Origin: Eremomyces bilateralis CBS 781.70
Taxonomy: Eukaryota
Length of the DNA: 20,000 nucleotides
Assembly (NCBI GenBank): GCA_010015585.1
Contig: ML975149.1
Reading direction: 5' to 3' (one strand)
This document shows, in pieces, positions 1 to 10,258 of the stretch. The position numbers and the translations under genes are program-made. The notes beneath the pieces were generated by a model. It worked only from the letters and a program-made list of their open reading frames with translations, did no database searches and was not told the DNA's origin. How positions within the stretch are numbered: position 1 is the stretch's first letter; each line of letters starts with the position of its first letter.

Positions 1-697
1 GTCGTGATGCTCTACTATGAGGGGACTTGAACTTGCTAAAAATAATCCCATGAATGAAAATAATAATCTCTCTATTACATACAGGACTGGCGCCTCTAAG
101 CAGCAAAGCGCATTTCCAGCCAATCAGAGAGGAGTTTTAATTATGCTAATCTGCGGCTCAACACCTAGTGCTTTCTTCAAACTCCTAGACCTACTCCGTA
201 CAATAATATACATTGCCATCTGTCGGGTTCCGTCTCTGATATCCCCCTAAATGCTGAGAAAGTCGTATAATGCATCAGACATTTAATCGTTTTGTTTTTA
301 AGCACGCAGTATTAGCACTTATTGCCTCAGGAACTTCCCTCGTGCATTACATCACTAGAGCAGCTATTCAACAGTCAATATCATGTGTGCCTTCCTAGCC
401 GCTAAGGCTAGGTTCTCCATGGTGTCATAGGGAGAAGTCCGCCATATGCACCTGCAAGCGCCACAGGCAGACTGTGCCTCACTTTTCATCTGGCGGTTGC
501 AAACTGGCGGTTGCAAAATGTGAGAGAACGCTTGGCGTTTTTTTGAGTGTGTGTGTCCCGCCCGCAACTCCACCAGAAAACGCGATATCACCCATTTTAT
601 GACCAAAACGCGCTGAATTCGTGCCTGCAAGTTGTGAAATTAAAGGGAAATTATTAGATTGAGTTTTATATCAAGTTTTTTATTTTTTATTTAGAAA

Positions 698-2863
698 ATG
701 GCACCCCAACTGCGTGGAATTGGTACGCGCAGTACGCGAACGCGCGTCCGGTTTGAAGGCGAGATTGAGCGCACTGCTCAATTTGCGAGAGAACAAACAG
801 CTACGAAGAAAAAGAACACAAAGAAGGCGGCCCCAAAGACGGCGAGTCGAAAGAAGAAGCCTAGGTAGCTCCAAAGAAGATATCGGCGAAGGCATCGTCG
901 TCTAGCATACCCAAGACTGCTAGCAAGACATCACCTCTGGAGCTAGATCCGCAAAGGGACCTTGCAGACGATGAGGAAGAGCTAGGAGAGGAAGAGCAGG
1001 AAAAGGGTACGGTTACTCCGAAACCGAGCCGTAAACGGAGTCGATCTCAAACCGATCAGCTACCGATACTGACACCACCTACGATGACCGGTTCGAAGGC
1101 ATATGATCCTCTAAGAGTATGGAGTAGTCCACTCCTAGAGACCAGTCCAGAAACTCTTGCCTACCGGGAACGACGAGCTGCAAACCGTGACCGTATTTTA
1201 GGCAAGATTGACGAATATAGAAGGCCCATTGAGAAGGACGTACATAGGAACATCATCTCCAAGCCACCTCCTAGAACTAGGAACTCTCCTACGCAGCCAA
1301 CTGCACGGCAACAGCTTTATACCGCCATAGACACGTTTCAGGCCGAGAGGATTCCCGATTACAAGATTCGTATCCAGCTTCGCGTCCATGTTAACGGCAG
1401 GCGTCACTACGATGCCACCCTAGATACAGTGAGGCGTAACAATTTCGAGATCACAGACGTAGAGGACGAGGTACTAGCGAACCTAGGTAGCCCTCTAAAG
1501 GACGAAAACTGGAGATACGAGAAGATTGTTGTTACCGTTCGCGTACCAACTAGCCGGATGACAAACCCCATGCACACGTTTACGGAGTTTGGCGAGGCTA
1601 TTCGGATGAAGTTCCTTTCGATGGCTGATAGCGTGATAAACACGAAGACATCAATTCTTATAGTCGTTACTCCGGTCTTTGAGGTGCGTATCGTATGCGT
1701 GCCGACCTTACAAAGAAGAGAGGTCCGGATCCAAACTCTACGCCTGCCTATGGCGTAACAAGAGGGTCTTCGATCGCGTTGACTTCATCGCCCCCGAAGG
1801 AGACTTCGCGGAATATTAACCCTAAAGAACAATAGAAAGCTCGAATGGAGAACATTGCAAGCGCAGGGGGTCGCTAAGAAACAGCTCACTAACCAATGGC
1901 TCTGCTCCGACCCCAAGTGTGTTAACAGATTGAGCTTTTGCTACGTCGATCCCCACGACGGCCTGCATTATAATATTCCTGCGATGGTTCAGAAGACTTG
2001 GGCAAATCAGATCGTAGCTGGAGATGCTACCGTGGTTAACCCTAGCCCGATGACCTTAAATGCTATTCGAGAACAGGGTCCAATCGCGGCTGGCGCTCGG
2101 CGGACTAAACCGACGTCGGCACAACGCGTACAGAGCAATATGGAGGGGATGATAGGCGGTATAGCCGGCGGGTTAAGGGACTATATGGAGGTGATGATGC
2201 AGCAACAGCTGATGTCGTCGATGGAGAACCGAGCCCGTCGTGAGGAGCGACAAATGGAGAAGGATGAGGAGCGTGATGAGCAGAGACACCTACTCCGGAG
2301 TATAAGTATGCCCATTCCTCCTGGTAGTGTCTATCCGACCGCAATGCCGGGAATACCGCCTGTATTTCCCCATTCAATACCGGTTCCTATGGTTAACCCG
2401 TAAGTCGGCATCCGCTTCCCACCGTCAATATATTAACAAATACTTATAGAACCATTAGCAACCCATATGCGCCGTTCCCTCCCGCAGTACCAATAGATGC
2501 CCCCGTTCCGTCTATAACAGGACTTTCCCCTACCCCTGTCCCTGGTCAAGCGCAACCGCAACTACGTGCTCAACCGCTTGGGTCTCCGGCTCCCATGATG
2601 CCTCCCCCGGCTGCCTATCCTCATGTTGCACCTTCAAGTCCGATCGCAATAGACGAAGAGGATTCGACTTTACTTAATGCTTTCTTCGAATAGATAATCA
2701 CAAAGACAAAGAACCCGGCCAGGGCATTGAAACTTGAGCACATTCGCGACATTATCGATGACCAAGATTGGTCGGTTAACGATGTAAAGGCGATGGCAGA
2801 TCCTTCTTCGTTTATGTATAGGCAGGCGAGAGATATGGGCATTAGCGATGGGATAGCACGCAG
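698..2863 (+). pseudogene. Degraded orphan ORF, probably transposon-associated: basic/acidic N-terminus, W-x-C-x4-C-x-N-x4-C-x8-H motif, Pro-rich linker, helical C-terminal domain
   Basis: ATG at 698 (MAPQLRGIGTR...) followed by open segments ~865-1758, 1855-2403 and ~2450-2863, broken by stops and frameshifts. It contains QWLCSDPKCVNRLSFCYVDPHDGLH...WANQIVAGDATVVNP and SSPIAIDEED...GISDGIARS. Part of it is repeated at 9405-9808 with transition-biased differences. Confidence 0.6.
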
Positions 2864-3136
2864 TGTGATGGATCAGAGGTCTATCGACCTGGATGCCTTG
2901 TGGCCTTGTGGCCCGTTTGCTCTGTAAACACCAGAACAGATAAACGCCTCGCACACCTTAGATAGATTCCTCCTTCATAGCAACAATTCAATGTTTGCCT
3001 CACGATTGGAGATTCCCGACAGTGAGACTCTTACAAAGAGCTATCTACCATGCGTGCGCGATGTTCAAGATTTGGCAGTTGACCTAGTCACGTGACTATC
3101 GTTCAGGAGACAGGCCACAGGCCTGGAACCATAACA
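2864..3136. mobile_element. Putative solo LTR or LTR-like insertion truncating the orphan ORF
   Basis: Termini TGTGATGG...CCATAACA (TG..CA, imperfect terminal inverted repeat), 273 bp, with internal palindrome TAGTCACGTGACTA. The last 26 bp match the reverse complement of 9163-9188 (1 mismatch). No TSD found. Confidence 0.45.
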
Positions 3137-3377
3137 GATCTTGCGTATCCAGACCGTGTCATGGGAAAATCAAACGCCATCAAGGGGTATCTCCTCATCA
3201 GCCCTTTGGCTTCTTAGACAAGTCCAGTCCTATAGGCTACTATCTCCTTTTAATTTGGAATTCATGTAAACAAGGTCGAGCGTATTACAGTCTAGGGTAT
3301 TTCCTGGCCAGGCTGACTGGGAAGCGCACCACGTGCCTGCCAGGGATCAATACGCAGACCATAAACGTAAAGTCCTA

Positions 3378-3451
3378 CTCGTGACCTGCCCCACCTAGAG
3401 GTGTCCGGCGGTGTGGGCTGTGCCCCGGCTAGGTGGGGCGGGGGGCACGAG
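3378..3451. mobile_element. Tiny TA-flanked MITE-like foldback element
   Basis: TA-CTCGTGACCTGCCCCACCTAG ... CTAGGTGGGGCGGGGGGCACGAG-TA, with TA at 3376-3377 and 3452-3453. Confidence 0.6.
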
Positions 3452-3453
3452 TA

Positions 3454-3634
3454 TGGGTCTTGTTGACTTTGAATCGGCAAAAGGTTAATTAAAGGGTACT
3501 GCCGTAAAGGGTAATAGTGTAAAGCACCCCAGCGTGACGACCCACTCGGGCCGAACTGTGTATTTTCCCCGGATGCTTTCCCTGGTTTCGGCCACAGGCT
3601 TGCATTTTCGCTGATTCAAAGTCAACAGGACCCA
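3454..3634. mobile_element. TA-flanked MITE (Tc1/mariner-type) with ~28-bp TIRs
   Basis: TA-TGGGTCTTGTTGACTTTGAATCGGC ... GCTGATTCAAAGTCAACAGGACCCA-TA. The interior (~3490-3610) is homologous to the reverse complement of ~8934-9056. Confidence 0.75.
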
Positions 3635-3663
3635 TAGGGCTCTGCTGCAGGAGAGGATGGCGG

Positions 3664-4150
3664 TAGGGCTGGACACGAATAAGGATTTTGGCTATTCGTA
3701 TTCGATTTTTCCTCTTGAACGATTATTCGTATTCGACTAAGTTTTGAGACGTTTTATTCGTATTATTCGCGAATATTCGTAAATAATGCCAAGACTTATT
3801 CGGCAAAAGCCGAGCCAATGAATGGATGCCCAGCAGTCGCGACTTTTGTTTACCCGAACACGATCTGGAGGATTTGAGCTCTAAGAGATACAAAGCATAT
3901 CAATAGCGTCGAATTGATCACTCCTGACGATTCAGCAAGCCAAGTGACCCCAGCTCAAAGCTCTCTGTCGACCATCTCTCCGATGCGAGATACATGGAAA
4001 TAGCTTCAGAGATAGACGAATAATTACGAATAATTACGAATAATGCGAATATTATTCGTACGAATATTAGTAAGCGGAAATTAGTAAGCGGAAATTCTAA
4101 ATTTTATTCGTATTCGACTACGAATAGTCGAATATTCGTGTCCAGCCCTA
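3664..4150. mobile_element. Non-autonomous hAT-superfamily MITE
   Basis: Perfect 18-bp TIR TAGGGCTGGACACGAATA / TATTCGTGTCCAGCCCTA, perfect 8-bp TSD GATGGCGG at 3656-3663 and 4151-4158, and many subterminal TATTCG/CGAATA motifs. Confidence 0.92.
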
Positions 4151-4381
4151 GATGGCGGTATTACTACTTCTAGGCAACGGTTACTTACTAGAAAAGTTGG
4201 TTCCACGTCAGCTGATTTCTACTTCCGTGTAATAAGCGTAACCTTTCAAAATACGAGGCTGACAAGTTGCCTTGACAGACCTACAGACAGAAGAACCTGG
4301 ACGCAAGAGCAAGCGGCCTATGTAACATCCCTCACGTGGTAACGGCGTATTATACAAGGGTAGATACCGTTTATTTAGTTA

Positions 4382-4731
4382 TCCGCACCCCTGGTTCGTT
4401 CCGTCGCAAGCTTACTCATCCTCGATTCGAGGACGCTCACCAAGGTGAGCGCCAACCTACTAAACGAGATTACGGTCTAAACGATATCGCTAACAAACTC
4501 AGATTTCGTCGATGTATTCCGCCACCAAGACGTGTATTATATAGGTAAAGGAAGAATTTATAGCATAAGGCTAGCTACTAAATCCAGACTTTAAAGTTTC
4601 AGCCATTTTAAATAATGGGAAGTGTTCAAGTATCGTTTAGACCGCAATCTCGTTTAGTAGGTGGGCGCTCACCTTGGTGAGCGTCCTCGAATCGAGGATG
4701 AGTAAGCTTGTGAACGAACCAGGGGCGCGGA
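4382..4731. mobile_element. TA-flanked MITE with long (~105 bp) TIRs
   Basis: Arms ~4379-4487 and ~4630-4734 are near-perfect reverse complements (TCCGCACCCCTGGTTCGTT...CTCATCCTCGATTCGAGGACGCTCACCAAGGTGAGCGCC...). TA at 4380-4381 and 4732-4733. Confidence 0.88.
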
Positions 4732-4936
4732 TAAGTCGGGCTAAGGACATACTGGATTGGTAATCTAGCAAACAACCCTAAATCAAGTTTCAAAGCATTG
4801 GTCCCAGACCAGCAATAGAACCAGCGTTTCTTAAAGCATATCTAGTCAACCCCCTATCCATATCCCTTGAGGTAAACTTAGTCCTTTCGTTCCTTAGCTT
4901 ACAACCAAATCCTTAAGTCCTAGTACCTTGCCCAAT

Positions 4937-6147
4937 ATGCCCCGCATCGCTCCTTACGCTAAGCTATTCAAAGACCCCAAGGGCCCCGGCGATATTCGTC
5001 CCACCGCGGCCAAGATCGTGGAGGATCAGGGCCTCGTTGACAGCCCCGAGTGGAAAGGTAGGTAAGCATGCTCGCCAGCAGAAAAGGGAACTTTTGAAGC
5101 GCTGTGGGGTAACACTGAAGTCCGAAATGCAGAGTCGTTCTCATTACCGGCTGCTCGCCCGGCGGCGGGCTCGGGCCCGAAACTGCCAAGGCGATTCGCC
5201 TCACGGGTGCCGATATCTACATCACAAACCGGGACATCAACAAGGGCAAGCGAGTTGCCGAAGAGCTCTTGGCCGATGGCAAAACAGGCTGGAAGGTAGA
5301 AGTCCTCGAAATGGACCTGAGCTCGCTAGGGAGCATCCGCGCTGCAGCACAGGAGTTCCTCCGCAGGAGTGGAAACAAGCTCAATGTGCTGATCAACAAT
5401 GCCGGTAAGCACCTTGTGTATCGAGGCATCTTTCGTGCACTGCTAATCCGCATCTAGGAGTCATGGCGCCCCCCTACAGCAAGACCGAAGATGGATTTGA
5501 AATTCAGTTCGGCACGAACCATCTTGGTGTGTACTCCCCACTCGTCCTCCAAGCACGCTAAGACGACAGCAACTAACTCTTCTCCAGGCCACTTCTACCT
5601 CTTCCACCAAGTCAAAGACGCTCTCCTCGCCTCCGCGACGCCCACCTTCTGCTCGCGTGTTGTCTCGGTGTCCTCGGCCGCCCATCGCAACACCACCATC
5701 AACTTAGACGATCTGAACTGGGAGAAGCGCAAGTACCTCACCCTCAAGGCCTACGGCCAGTCCAAGCTGGCCAACGTGTACTTCACCAACGAGCTGGACC
5801 GCCAGTTCGAGGCGCAGCACCTCCGCGCCAACAGCCTGCACCCGGGCGGGATCCTGACCCCGCTGGCACGCTACCTGCCGCACGAACGCAGCGAGGGGCT
5901 TAAGGACATCCCCGAGGTCTACCGCTGGCTAATGACGCCGGCGCAAGGCGCCGCCACGAGTACTTGGGCCGCCGTGGCGCGGGAGCTCGAGGACCGCGGC
6001 GGGATGTATCTGGACGAGTGCGCTGAGGCTGTCCAGGTCGTGCCCGAGCCGTACCACCTGCCCGGCTACGGGCCGCAGGCGATTGACCCGCCGACGGAGA
6101 AGAAGTTGTGGGAGGCCAGCAGCGAGCTGGTCGGGATCAAGGAGTAA
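4937..6147 (+). CDS. Short-chain dehydrogenase/reductase (retinol-dehydrogenase/WWOX-like fungal SDR). Exons 4937-5061, 5133-5404, 5458-5526, 5588-6147
   Basis: Spliced translation gives MPRIAPYAKLFKDPKGPGDIRPTA..., Rossmann motif VLITGCSPGGGLG, DLSSLGSI, INNAGVM, FGTNHLGHF, VSVSS, catalytic YGQSK and LHPGGI. Three GT-AG introns restore one open frame. Confidence 0.93.
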
Positions 6148-6512
6148 GGGCGCCTTTTGGCTCGGCTGTCGAGAGGTCTTGAGGTTTGCCGAGCGACAAG
6201 CTGGAGGGTGGCACTCGCCGGTCGTGTATGTAGTCCACGAAGCCTCGGCCGGATGTGTTCTTGGTGGTTTTGGAAGGTGCTCGTGCGAGACCAAGTTAGC
6301 ACCGCAAAGTAAAAATCAGTCCCACCCAATGGAAGAATTGTCTTTGATACTTTGTCTGCATATGACGGCTGAAGTGAGATTCATTATTTTACCAATGTAG
6401 CAGCGTCGTTGAGGTTGCGCCGTGCGTTACCCGGGTATGTCAGACCCTTAATCGAACAAAACACAACCCCCGCGTCAGGTGATGAACCCCTGTGCTAGGA
6501 ATTAGAGTTGCG

Positions 6513-7092
6513 TTAACTAGGTTTTATCGGTCCAAAGGATTTGTACCTATTATTCAATTGTCCAGTTAATATGGTCTTGAGCCCACTGAAGCCTATCGGC
6601 TTTATTTCGTTCGGAAAGGGGAGGTTTTCGGCGAGCGAGGTGACGGTTAAAGCCGCGGCTTCGAAGCGCGTTTCGAATAAAATATTCAGAGACCTGAAGG
6701 TCTCGAAATGGGCCAGTGGCGAGTTGTAGATAGGATATTGACGCGACTCCTCAGATTGTACGACATATTCGACAATCTCATCCACTTTTTTAGGGGATAA
6801 TCTCGATTTCCGGCCGGTTCTTTTGCCGGGCGTAGGCCCAGCGGCCGAATTAGCTGTCTGGACCTGCAGTTGAGTAATTCCGAGCTGCTCTGCTCTGTTG
6901 ATACGTTAAGCCTAAGCGGCGAAGACAACGATCTCGTTTAAGGTCGCACGGTTTTCCCCGTTATGGAGGAGTTTGAGGCCTATCAAGATCCATTCTTATT
7001 GTATAATTGTAGTATATGGTAGGACTAAGGAGAAATATTATAGAAATCGAAAAGAACCGGAGTAATAGAAAAGATAGCTAACTAGTTAACTG
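6513..7092 (-). mobile_element. RIP-degraded, 3'-truncated Tc1-family transposon remnant
   Basis: Minus strand from ATG 6993: MDLDRPQTPP*RG..., VDEIVEYVVQSEESR, then after a frameshift IRNALRSRGFNRHLARRKPPLSERNKADRLQWAQDHINWTIE**VQILWTDKT*. This is the Tc1 HTH linker plus the first catalytic motif W(S/T)DE. Possible terminus TA|CAGT at 7094-7089. Confidence 0.8.
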
Positions 7093-7279
7093 TAAGTAGT
7101 CTAGTCTGAGCACCCCTGCTATTAGTATGAGCGCTAACAACAAATCTGCCAGTAACCGTAGTATGGAATAATGGAACCTTCGATCCGCCAAGCACGCTAT
7201 GCTTTTCCATCCACCAATCTTCAAACGAATCAAAATACAATGAGGCCTGTGCAACTCGCAAGCCTACCAGCTTTACTGT

Positions 7280-8473
7280 TTAGAAGCCGTGCTTTTCGAT
7301 GAAGTGTATCATGTGTCTGTAGGCTTCGGGTGCCTGGTAATGGAAGTTGATACCATGTCCGGTTCCGGGGGCCAACCACCAACTAGATTCTGGTGCGGAA
7401 GCAGGGAAAAAGAGCTTGATGGCATCTTTAGCTTTGTTATTCGGGTACAGGCAGTCGCCATGGCAGTTGGGCAAGTCATTCTGGCCATTCAGGATCTGCA
7501 CGGGTCCCGTAAAGCTGGCAGCCGGCTCCACACCCAGACCGAGATACTCACCCACCGTCACGGTGCCCTTGGTGTCCTCGGCGAGTTGGAGAATAGCGGG
7601 ATCAAAGCCTGGCTGTCGGAAAAAGAAGAACTGGTTTCCCTGGATTGTGGAGGCCGTCAGGTAGCCATTAGAGAGATGGGCGAACTTGCGATCGGCCTGG
7701 GCAGCGATGGTGAGGCCAACGCCGGCAAAGGCAATGGGCGCACCACTTCCGTCAGCGGAGAAGCCCGTCAGGACAATCGCATCCAAGTCCTTGGGGTATG
7801 CGCCGGCGACGCCAATGGTTTGCGCACTGCCCAGAGAGTGGCCGACACCCACCACGTGCTTGAACTTGGTTGTTGCCAAGTTTCCCGCGCGGATGAACTG
7901 GATGAGCTCATGCGCAATGGCGATTTGAATAGGCAACTGGACGATCTGTATGGGATCAGGATGGTCCGACAGCCCAGTGCCGAGACGATCATAGTAGAAG
8001 GTTGTGAAGCCCTTCTCGGCAGCCGCGTCAATGTACGAATATCCCGGCGCAGGATCCCAGTACGTGCCATCGAAACCGGCGCCATGGATGAGGAACTGGA
8101 TCGAGTTGGGGTCGACCTTGCCAGTATATGCAGGTACGCAGAGACGCGAGTAGATGCCAAAAGTAGAAGTGACCTGAACACGAGGGCCAGTGACGTCCTC
8201 GACATATGTCGAGCCAACTTGATCGACTTCCTGTACCATCTCTGTGACGACTGAGTTGTTTGTTGGCTGCTGGACATTGAACTTGATATTCATTGCAGTG
8301 GCTTGGATATTGATCGTTCCAGTGACGCAGATCGCCTTGCCGCCGGCTGATCGCTTAACGACTGGGTTCTTGAAGTGCTTAAAGTAGCTGGCAGGGAGAT
8401 CATGTTGGTAGCTCGGAGCCGCAAGGACCTGTGCGGCCGGCATGAGCGCCGCCAAAAGAGTTGTTGAGCGCAT
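7280..8473 (-). CDS. Secreted alpha/beta-hydrolase fold protein (397 aa)
   Basis: Intronless ORF from ATG 8473 with signal-peptide-like MRSTTLLAALMPAAQVLA, oxyanion motif LIHGAG, YDRLGTGLS, nucleophile elbow GHSLG, and candidate Asp (GQND) and His (GTGHG). Confidence 0.9.
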   Translation of the reverse strand: MRSTTLLAALMPAAQVLAAPSYQHDLPASYFKHFKNPVVKRSAGGKAICVTGTINIQATAMNIKFNVQQPTNNSVVTEMVQEVDQVGSTYVEDVTGPRVQVTSTFGIYSRLCVPAYTGKVDPNSIQFLIHGAGFDGTYWDPAPGYSYIDAAAEKGFTTFYYDRLGTGLSDHPDPIQIVQLPIQIAIAHELIQFIRAGNLATTKFKHVVGVGHSLGSAQTIGVAGAYPKDLDAIVLTGFSADGSGAPIAFAGVGLTIAAQADRKFAHLSNGYLTASTIQGNQFFFFRQPGFDPAILQLAEDTKGTVTVGEYLGLGVEPAASFTGPVQILNGQNDLPNCHGDCLYPNNKAKDAIKLFFPASAPESSWWLAPGTGHGINFHYQAPEAYRHMIHFIEKHGF

Positions 8474-8944
8474 GTCTTCAAAGGTAATTGATAAATTGAC
8501 AGTCAAACGTGTTCACAACTGGCGCTTGATATTTTGTGTCTCATCTTGACTCCCATCCAAAGTCCAGCGAAGCGTCCACCCCTTTATACATCATTTGATC
8601 GACGGAGATGACGATGCTCGGCTTTCCGCAGAACCATAGATCAGTAAGCGACATATTCCGACGGAGAAAACCTCTCTGCATTGCAGGGTCTTTGCAGAAG
8701 GATCCCTGCTTTCTAGTATTGTGTCCAGCAGGCCACGTATCCGCGCGCGGATAAACATTTGAAATTGATCCTAACTAACTTAGCACGCGCCAATCTTAAT
8801 AATTCAGCCTGGGGACGTGGCGGAGAATGCCATACAGGCATTTTGACATTGCAGCTCATAGGCAGACGGAATTGGAATATATTACTCAAACCCGGTCCAA
8901 ACCTTTGAAAACCCTGAGCAAAATACCATTCGTCGGAAATGCAA

Positions 8945-9163
8945 AGCCGTGGCCGAAATCCAGGAAGGTATTCGGGGAAAATGCGCAGTTCGGTCTGAGT
9001 TGAGTTTTGCGCGCTCGCGTTCTTCGCCCTATTACCCTTTTCGGCAACGCCCTTTAGCCTTGTCGACTCGAGTCGGCAGTATCGAAGAACGCCGGCGCGA
9101 AACCCCCGCTCAGGCCGAACTATGCATTTTCGCCGGATACCTTCCCAGATTTCGGCCACGGCT
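8945..9163. mobile_element. MITE-like foldback element, same family as 3454-3634
   Basis: Arms 8945-~9026 and ~9083-9163 are imperfect reverse complements (AGCCGTGGCCGAAATC.. / ..GATTTCGGCCACGGCT). Central palindrome CGACTCGAGTCG. True termini and TSD not visible. Confidence 0.7.
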
Positions 9164-9404
9164 GTTATGGTCCCAGGCCTGTGGCCTGGGCCCTTGAGTA
9201 TGGCTGACGCCACAGGGATGTGGCTAGTGGATGGCATCAAGGAGATAGTCATGTAGGAGCTGGGTTAAGGAGCTGTGTTAGGATAGCAGAGAGAAGAGTC
9301 GATATCTCGCGTACAGAGGTGCTGGGAGATTTCTTCCTTCTCTCTCTTCAGTTTAGATTAATGGAACTTGGTAATCGCAGATCTTGCGCATCCAGACCGT
9401 GTCA
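9163..9404. mobile_element. Putative solo LTR
   Basis: 242 bp bounded by TGTTATGGTC...GACCGTGTCA (TG..CA, imperfect inverted termini). Both ends recur at 3111-3161. It sits exactly between two other repeats. No TSD. Confidence 0.55.
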
Positions 9405-9808
9405 CGTCCTCTACGTCTGTGATCTCAAAATCGTTACGCCTCACTGTATCCAGGGTGACATCGTAGTGACGCCTGCCGTTAACATGGACGCGAAGCTGGA
9501 TGCGAATCTTGTAATCGGGAATCATCTCGGCCTGAAACGTGTCTATGGCGGTATAAAGCTGTTGCCGTGTAGTTGGCTACGTAGGAGAGTTCCTGGTTCC
9601 AGGAGGTGGCTTATAGATGATGTTCCCATGTACGTCCTTCTCAATGGGCCTTCCATATTCGTCAATCTCGCCTAAAATACGGTCACGGTTTGTAGCTCGT
9701 CGTTCCCGGTAGGCAAGAGTTTCTGGACTGGTCTCTAGGAGTGGACTACTCCATATTCTTAGAGGATCATGCGCCTTCGAACTGGTCATCGTAGGTGGCG
9801 TCCGTATC
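9405..9808 (-). repeat. Inverted partial copy of 1065-1468 (orphan ORF)
   Basis: Ungapped manual alignment over 404 bp gives about 22 differences, about 19 of them transitions. Confidence 0.95.
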
Positions 9809-10154
9809 TGATGCGAATACGAAGTCGTCAGTCAATAGAGGTCTTCTGCACGGTCTTGGCAACCACAGCTTTTCCAAAAAGCGAGCTTTTTTGGCTGTGC
9901 TAGTATATTTAACCCCGTCTAGAATCAGCGTATATAGATTAGCGTATGCGTAATTTTGGCCCACCTCGCTGCAATACTACGTAGCGAGGTGGGTCATCCC
10001 CATATTATTCTGGCGAGCATAACCAAAAATATGCTAGCCGGCATATCAATGTGCCTACGTCGGATGTAGTTTGCCACGTTTGCTTACCATATATGACTTC
10101 TCACGCCAAGACATGAGTGAGGCTTGGCCCATCATGACTCATGTCGACACAACG

Positions 10155-10258
10155 TGTTGCAAGATGCCCCTGTTGGTTTCTACTGCCACGCAACATTAAT
10201 TTCGCTGCCCATTACACATAGACTAAGCCTAATTAGGACTCCTCAGTCCTTTCCTATG
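10155..10258 (+). mobile_element. Truncated LTR fragment related to solo LTR 15993-16241
   Basis: TGTTGCAAGATGCCCCTGTTGGTTTCTACTGCCACGCAACATT...CTAAGCCTAATTAGGACT aligns to the reverse complement of 16138-16241, starting exactly at the LTR terminus. Confidence 0.8.

Noticed and set aside
1..480. Short ORFs 17-250 and 364-630
   Set aside because: No recognisable motifs. The TpA-rich sequence looks like a degraded remnant that I could not classify.
490..517. Tandem 14-mer CTGGCGGTTGCAAA x2 as a terminus of the orphan-ORF element
   Set aside because: No matching inverted copy or TSD was found in the window.
3676..4140. Regularly recurring CGAATA/TATTCG motifs as a possible CRISPR-like array
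   Set aside because: There is no constant repeat-spacer period. They are subterminal repeats of the hAT MITE in a eukaryotic context.
7289..8254. 321-aa plus-strand ORF and other ORFs overlapping the hydrolase
   Set aside because: Antisense or alternate-frame shadows of a codon-biased gene, with no motifs.
9171..9190. GC-rich hairpin CCCAGGCCTGTGGCCTGGG as a Helitron 3' end or terminator
   Set aside because: No downstream CTRR terminus. It lies inside the LTR-like end shared with 3111-3136.
9220..9675. 151-aa ORF similar to ORF 1198-1407
   Set aside because: It is the antisense frame of the duplicated orphan ORF fused to LTR-like sequence, not a gene.
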